64,000 bases of DNA from Macrostomum lignano. Taxonomy: Eukaryota. A program made the position numbers and the translations under genes. Shown here piece by piece: positions 57,401 through 64,000 of this stretch. The notes beneath the pieces are model-generated. The model did not search any database. It had not been told where the DNA came from and worked only from the letters and a program-made list of their open reading frames with translations. The stretch's first letter is position 1. Every line of letters starts with the position of its first letter. The stretch is from the NCBI GenBank assembly GCA_002269645.1, contig NIVC01000847.1, positions 63,820-127,819 of the forward strand. The letters are read 5' to 3'.

Positions 57401-60400
57401 AAAACATCTCGAACTGCAATTTATCCAGGCCGAAGCCATGGACCTGCTCACAGCTGTCTGCTGCAACTGCACAGCCCTAGCCGGCTCCCGCGACTGCGAA
57501 GTGGTCTCTAGGCTAGTTGACAAGCTGCGCTTCAAATCGCATAAAGCTGTATTCGCGCATTATTTGCAATGCCTTCGTATGCTGGTGTCAAAGCATCCGG
57601 ATAATTTGCGCGCGGTGCTGGCTACTGTAGTTGCTAACGAGCTTAGTTCGGGCGTACGCAATCCCAATAATGCAGCCGTATTGGTGGCCCTGCACACACA
57701 CACTAGTAAGGACGCGTGTCGGGCACTGGCTGCGATATTCCGCGATCTGCTTGTACAGGACACCGGGCGGCATCAGCTGCGTTGCCTGTTGCGCGATCTC
57801 TATAGGCATTTGAAGGCCGATATTAGTCTGCCGGCATTTGCCAAGTCGCTACTGCTGCCTCCGGATTCTAGGGTGGCGTCTCTGCCGTTGGAGCATCGCA
57901 GGCAGTGAGTTCTGGAAGAGGCAGAGTAGGCAGTGTAGTTTTTTAAGGCGCAGTTGGTGTTGTGGTGTCTCTGAGAAACCTGGTGGTGTTGTGGGCTCTC
58001 TGAAGAACCTGGTGGTCGTGTGGTTATCTGAGAAACCTGGTGGTGGTGTGGGTTCTCTGAAGAACCTGATAGTGGTGCGCGTTCTCTGAGGAACCTGGTG
58101 GTGGTGTGGGTTCTCTGAAGAACCTGATAGTGGTGTGGTTATCTGAGAAACCTGGTGGTGATGGGGGTTCTCTGAGAAACCTGGTGGTGTTGTGCGCTCT
58201 CTGAAGAACCTGGTGGTCGTGTGGTTATCTGAGAAACCTGGTGGTGGTGTGGGTTCTCTGAAGAACCTGGTGGTGGTGTGGGTTCTCTGAAGAACCTGGT
58301 GGTGGTGTGGGTTCTCTGAGAAACCTAGTGGTGGTGTGGGTTCTCTGAGAAACCTGGTGGTGGTGTGGGTTCTCTGAAGAACCTGATAGTGGTGCGCGTT
58401 CTCTGAGCAACCTGGTGGTGGTGTGGGTTCTCTGAAGAACCTGATAGTGGTGTGGTTATCTGAGAAACCTGGTGGTGGTGTGGGTTCTCTGAAGAACCTG
58501 ATAGTGGTGCGTGTTCTCTGAGGAACCTGGTGGCGGTGTGGGTTCTCTGAAGAACCTGGTGGTGGTGTGGGTTCTCTGAGGAACCTGGTGGTGGTGTGGG
58601 TTCTCTGAAGAACCTGGTGGTGGTGTGGGTTCTCTGAAGAACCTGGTGGTGGTGTGGGTTCTCTGAGAAACCTAGTGGTGGTGTGGGTTCTCTGAAGAAC
58701 CTGGTGGTGGTGTGGGTTCTCTGAAGAACCTGGTGGTGGTGTGGGTTCTCTGAGAAACCTAGTGGTGGTGTGGGTTCTCTGAAGAACCTGATAGTGGTGC
58801 GCGTTCTCTGAGGAACCTTGTGTTGGTGTGGGTTCTCTGAAGAACCTGATAGTGGTGCGCGTTCTCTGAGGAACCTGGTGGTGGTGTGGGTTCTCTGAGG
58901 TGACAGAGGACAGGTAGATGATATTGTGGTCTGGGTCTGGCGGGTGTTAAGTGCTATTAAGGGCCGTCTCATTCAACTGCTTAAGATTTTGCTCTGTATT
59001 TCAACGTTCAACCCATCCACCGTCGACTCCCAGATACGCTGAGAGCCTTCTAGACCTGCTCTGCGTCTGCCAGATGGTCAGCGCCGCCCAGCCGGCAGTG
59101 CGTGAGGCTGTCGCGCGCAGACGAGAGTCGGACGAGCCAGCGCCGGCCCTCACTCGCACTACGCCACCGTGGCCAAGCTGCACCGCCTAGCCCTGCACTG
59201 GCTAGCTGTCGGGCTGCCCAATCTGCTTCCAAAAGATCAACTGCCGCCGTCCCTGCTTAGCCTGTTCGCCAGGCGGGCCTGCTTCCTGCCGGTGCCCGAC
59301 CCTGCTCCGCCGGAGACTCCGCCAGCCAGCTGGGACCATCCGGCAGACCACTGGCCACCTGAGCAGGACAGGCAGCTGGTGCTGCGGCTCTGCTCCGAGG
59401 TGCCGCTGCACAGCGATACCATTACAGCCGCACTGCGCCTGGGCATCGACCGGCTGGTACAGCCGACGTTCGAAGCTCTTAACCTGGCCTCCGACTTGGT
59501 GTTCCGTTCCGCCGCTGCGCTGGTCTCGTCCGACTGCTGTCCGGCTCCGGCCGGGCCCGACGTTGCTCAGAGCCTGTTCGATGCCTGCATCTATCAGCAG
59601 CCGGACGATCGGCTGTTGGCTGGCGGCTCCGCGTTCGCCTCCGCCCCGGCTTATTGGTCTGCATCGCTGGCGCTGGTCTTTCTGGCCGCCTTTAATCCGA
59701 TACGTTGGGCCGGCTGGTCTGGGATAGGTGCGTGCATTTACTTCTGATTGTGCTGTTGTCATCGGTGCACCTGTGTCTTATCTGGGGTGTATTGGGATCT
59801 GTGCACCTGTGTCTAATCTGGGGTGTATTGGGATCTGTACACCTGTGTCTAATCTGGGGTGTATTGGGATCTGTACACCTGTGTCTAATCTGGGGTGTGT
59901 TGGGATCTGTACACCTGTGTCTTATCTGGGGTGTATTGGGATCTGTGCACCTGTGTCTAATCTGGGGTGTATTGGGATCTGTACACCTGTGTCTAATCTG
60001 GGGTGTATTGGGATCTGTACACCTGTGTCTAATCTGAGGTGTGTTGGGATCTGTACACCTGTGTCTAATCTGGGGTGTGTTGGGATCTGTACACCTGTGT
60101 CTAATCTGGGGTGTATTGGGATCTGTACACCTGTGTCTAATCTGGAGTGTATTGGGATCTGTACACCTGTGTCTAATCTGGGGTGTGTTGGGATCTGTAC
60201 ACCTGTGTCTAATCTGGGGTGTGTTGGGATCTGTACACCTGTGTCTAATCTGGGGTGTATTGGGATCTGTACACCTGTGTCTAATCTGGAGTGTATTGGG
60301 ATCTGTACACCTGTGTATAATCTGGGGTGTATTGGGATCTGTACACCTGTGTCTAATCTGGGGTGTATTGGGATCTGTACACCTGTGTCTAATCTGGAGT

Positions 60401-63400
60401 GTATTGGGATCTGTACACCTGTGTCTAATCTGGGGTGTGTTGGGATCTGTACACCTGTGTCTAATCTGGGGTGTATTGGGATCTGTACACCTGTGTCTAA
60501 TCTGGGGTGTGTTGGGATCTGTACACCTGTGTCTAATCTGGGGTGTGTTGGGATCTGTACACCTGTGTCTAATCTGGGGTGTATTGGGATCTGTACACCT
60601 GTGTCTAATCTGGGGTGTGTTGGGATCTGTACACCTGTGTCTAATCTGGGGTGTATTGGGATCTGTACACCTGTGTCTAATCTGGGGTGTATTGGGATCT
60701 GTACACCTGTGTCTAATCTGGGGTGTATTGGGATCTGTACACCTGTGTCTAATCTGGAGTGTATTGGGATCTGTACACCTGTGTCTAATCTGAGGTGTGT
60801 TGGGATCTGTACACCTGTGTCTAATCTGGGGTGTGTTGGGATCTGTACACCTGTGTCTAATCTGGGGTGTATTGGGATCTGTACACCTGTGTCTAATCTG
60901 GGGTGTATTGGGATCTGTACACCTGTGTCTAATCTGGGGTGTATTGGGATCTGTACACCTGTGTCTAATCTGGGGTGTATTGGGATCTGTACACCTGTGT
61001 CTAATCTGGGGTGTATTGGGATCTGTACACCTGTGTCTAATCTGGGGTGTATTGGGATCTGTACACCTGTGTCTAATCTAGGGCGTAATCTAGTGTGTAA
61101 TATCCTAGTAGCATAAGTGTTTTCCGCACTGCATGGGATCGTTGCTAAGTACTTACCGATGGTAACTTGAATCTGACCTGTTGCCGAACCATGCAGGTAC
61201 CCAACAGTGCGCTGCCTACTAGAGATGGTGATGACCTGTATGTACGAGTTCCCTTGTCAGTCTCTGCTCCTCCGCGAGGGCCTCAGCGCCGATGCCGTTC
61301 GAATGCGCGAATTGCGCGCTCTTGAAGCTGAGAAAACTGGCGTTGTTAGACTGGAGATGCAGCTGGCTGGCACCGACATCACGAGGCCAGCTCTAGGCTG
61401 CTCGGCTGGCTGATGGACTGCGCGCCCTGCGGACCAGCCAGGCAGCCACCCGCCTGGGCTATTGACCAGCTGCGCAAGCTCAATGCACAGTACGGCATTG
61501 GATTGCGTCTGTGCCGGTCCAGAGATCCCGACTTCCTGTTGGATCTTATACAGGTAAGTTGTTAGTTATGCTGTTGATGAATGTGTCGGTCATGTTGCTG
61601 ATGAATATGTCGGTCATGTTGCTGATGAATATGTCGGTTATGTTGTTGATAAATATGTCGGTCATGCTGTTGATGAATGTGTCGGTCATGTTGCTGATGA
61701 ATATGTCGGTCATGTTGTTGATAAATATGTCGGTCATGCTGTTGATGAATGTGTCGGTCATGTTGCTGATGAATATGTCGGTCATGTTGTTGATAAATAT
61801 GTCGGTCATGCTGTTGATGAATGTGTCGGTCATGTTGCTGATGAATATGTCGGTCATGTTGTTGATAAATATGTCGGTCATGCTGTGATAAATGTGTCGG
61901 TCATGTTGCTGATGAATGTGTCGGTCATGTTGCTGATGAATGTCGGTCATGTTGCTGATGAATATGTCGGTCATTGTTGATGAATATGTCGGTCATGTTG
62001 CTGATGAATATGTCGGTCATGTTGTCGAAGAATATGTCGGTCATGTTGCTGAATGTCGGTCATGTTGTTGATGAATATGTCGGTCATTTTGCTGAGAATA
62101 TGTCGGTCATTTTGCTGAGGAATATGTCGGTCATTTTGCTGAGGAATATGTCGGTCATGTCGCTGAATATGTTGGTCATGTTGCTGAGGAATGGCGGTCA
62201 TTATTGATGCATGTGTCGGTCATGTCGCTGAATATGTTGGTCATGTTGCTGAGGAATGGCGGTCATGTTATTGATGCATGTGTCGGTCATGTCGCTGAAT
62301 GTTGGTCATGTTGCTGAGGAATGGCGGTCATGTTATTGATGCATGTGTCGGTCATGCAACGTCGCTATTGTCGCTCAAACCGTCACTAGTCATAACCCAA
62401 TCTCTGCCCATTCCCCGCCGCCAACTGCAGGTGTTCAGCCGGGCCAGCGCCAGCCAGCAGTGGCTAGTGCACTAGTAGACAACTTGGGCAATCAGAGCCT
62501 GTCGATCCTGCCCGTGCAGTGCCTAGCCGAGATCCTGCTGGCTCACGTTGGCCAGAGCACAGACCGGCGGCAGCAGCTGCTATATCGACTGGCCTCCCTA
62601 GCCAACAGTGCCGCTGATGCCAGCGAAGAGGTTCTAACGGATGTCCGACAACTGCTGTCCTACTTTATGATTCGATTGCGAGCAAAGTCTGCCACATCCG
62701 GGCCACAGCCGCCGACTGTCTGGCGCTGATTCTGGCGCCGCAGGCGCAGACGTCATCGTTAGTGGAAGACACGGCGCGCGAGCACTGGCTGCTGACCGGC
62801 TGCCTAGACTGCCGCTGTTTCCCGCCTGCTGGAATTTCTAGCGGCCAGTTAGTGGACTGCATCGCTCAGGAGACCTCCCAGGGCCCTCGGCGCCTACATC
62901 GCCTTCCTCACTCGGCACCTGCTGAAAGTCGCCTTGCCAATATTGACCGACTTGCCCTGGCCTACCTGAACAACCTGGCCAAGCTGGTGCTGCTCCGGCC
63001 GCTCACCGTCAGCCGGTTGGCCGCCTCGCACCGGCCCGCCGCCCTGCTGGCTCTGCGCGCCTTCGCCGCCTCTGTTGACAGGCCGGCATTGCTGCAGCCC
63101 TGGCCAGAGGAGGACGGCGAAGCGCCACTGTTGGTTCGACTGGGCAAACGGCCGGCCAGCCGGTTCCCGTGTCGCCTCGGCTGCTGCTCAGCCACCTGCT
63201 GATGCTGTCGCTCGATTCGGCCCGGACGCTGAGCCTTATCGATCCCGACTCATCGCCGCCTGGTTGCCGGACAGCGCGGAGGCAAACGCCTGGCTAACGG
63301 ATGCGACAGCCTAGTCATGCCCGAGACCGTGCTCGCCCCGCCTGGCCCGCAGCGCCGACAGCCGTCTGGCCAGTCTGGCCGCCTCGCGAACCGGCCCGCC

Positions 63401-64000
63401 GCTACTAGCCAGGCTGCTGTCCGGCGTTAGCGAGGCCTGGCCGGCCGGCTCCGTATCCGCGCCTGCTGGCCAGGCTGGCCGAACTCGCGTCCGTCCGTCT
63501 GGCAGCCAGCCAGCTGGGCAGTGGGGCCCTCCGCCCGCCGGTGCCCTGGCTGCGCCTGCTGCCAGTGCGCAGGCGTCTCGGCTCGGCGATGACCAGCCGG
63601 GCGTTTCGCCTGCTGATTCAACTGGCCGACGTAAGACTGCGCTGCCGCTACTCATAGTAGTGCCATGGAGATTGACAGCTGCCACGGGCATATTCAGCTG
63701 GACTGTACCGCACCTGCCGCCGCTGTTGGCACTGCAAAAGCATCCGGCGTCGAGCAGCCACCGCGCCAGCGTCAAGCCGAGGATTTGCCCGCACTTGTTG
63801 AACTCGCGCCGGGCGTCCCGAGTTCGAGTCCGCCAGCTGCTCAACGAGCCGGCTCCGATTCATCCTTCGCCGCCGCATGTCGGAGCAGCTCCGCGCCGAC
63901 TACTACCGACATCGGATCGTCGTCATCGGCGAGCTCCTTTGCCCAGTCGCTGGCCAGTCAGCAGTGGCTGCCGGGCCGCTGTTTGCCAAGCTGTTCCCGC
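51500..64000 (+). CDS. INTS1: Integrator complex subunit 1, 5' portion (runs off the window); several apparent single-base frameshifts
   Basis: Exons ~51500-51539 (MSVNMRRGIKPHG|gtaagt), 55776-56770, 57429-57904, 59034-59727, 61197-61553, 62431->64000. Motifs matching INTS1: FHALGSK, FVEDSVGDRFWVDR, RLEMWLQ, NELSS..RNPNN, WPPEQDR...LRLCSEVP, AAFNP, YPTVRCLLEMVMT, LCRSRDPDFLL, LPVQCL. Exon 1 assignment is less certain than the rest. Confidence 0.88.
52112..53437. mobile_element. Non-autonomous hAT (Charlie-type) DNA transposon in INTS1 intron 1
   Basis: TIRs CAGCGGTTATCAACCT and AGGTTGAAAACTACTG. Perfect 8-bp TSD TTATAGAC at 52104-52111 and 53438-53445. No transposase ORF. Confidence 0.88.
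52563..52911 (+). mobile_element. Decayed tRNA-head SINE nested inside the hAT element
   Basis: 14-bp direct repeat GAGCAGTCAAATAG at 52549-52562 and 52912-52925. 5' head GGGGCATAGCCTAGCAGTCTAGCGC...CCCAGGCTCAATTCCA (decayed A/B boxes). 3' end AATAAAAA. Confidence 0.75.
56820..57298. repeat. Minisatellite, 36 bp TGGGATCTGTACACCTGTGTCTAATCTGGGGTGTAT (INTS1 intron 2)
   Basis: Tandem copies. Confidence 0.93.
57950..58900. repeat. Minisatellite, 29 bp GTTCTCTGAAGAACCTGGTGGTGGTGTGG (INTS1 intron 3)
   Basis: Tandem copies; each unit has a small GGTTCT-ctga-AGAACC hairpin. Confidence 0.93.
59765..61082. repeat. Minisatellite, same 36 bp unit as 56820-57298 (INTS1 intron 4)
   Basis: About 36 near-identical tandem copies. 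Confidence 0.97.
61565..62355. repeat. Minisatellite, 24 bp ATGTCGGTCATGTTGCTGATGAAT (INTS1 intron 5)
   Basis: Tandem copies. Confidence 0.93.

Noticed and set aside
59728-61116. 462-aa GCIGICTPVSNL repeat protein resembling an antifreeze or beta-helix protein
   Set aside because: The 36-bp unit is a multiple of 3 and gives a spurious periodic ORF; it starts at the intron donor and lies wholly within INTS1 intron 4.

Overview
Eukaryotic (metazoan) genomic DNA, not prokaryotic. It has GC-rich spliced exons, nearly every intron and intergenic gap is filled by its own 5-45 bp minisatellite, and Ala/Gln/Gly runs are common. This style resembles the free-living flatworm Macrostomum lignano, but the species is my inference. 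Almost all long ORFs in the supplied track are repeat artefacts. Manual splicing gives five + strand genes: (1) the 3' end of a DDX5/DDX17 (p68/Dbp2) DEAD-box helicase; (2) a compact Polycomb Scm/SCMH1-like gene (2 MBT + SAM) starting only ~57 nt after the helicase poly(A) signal, in an operon-like layout; (3) an Hmx/NK5 homeobox gene alone in a ~33 kb gene-poor block; (4) an intact 4-exon, 492-aa cytochrome-P450-fold protein lacking the heme-ligating Cys and the other heme/catalytic residues, a candidate pseudoenzyme and the top finding; (5) Integrator subunit INTS1, with a GC-AG intron and many single-base homopolymer frameshifts that are probably long-read errors. INTS1 intron 1 is sharply CpG-depleted and contains a SINE nested in a hAT element, both with perfect TSDs and CpG-to-TpG/CpA decay, which looks like a fossil methylation footprint. 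Two palindromic MITE-like elements and a tRNA-head SINE are also present. All coordinates, counts and alignments were done by eye from remembered family consensus sequences, with no database searches.
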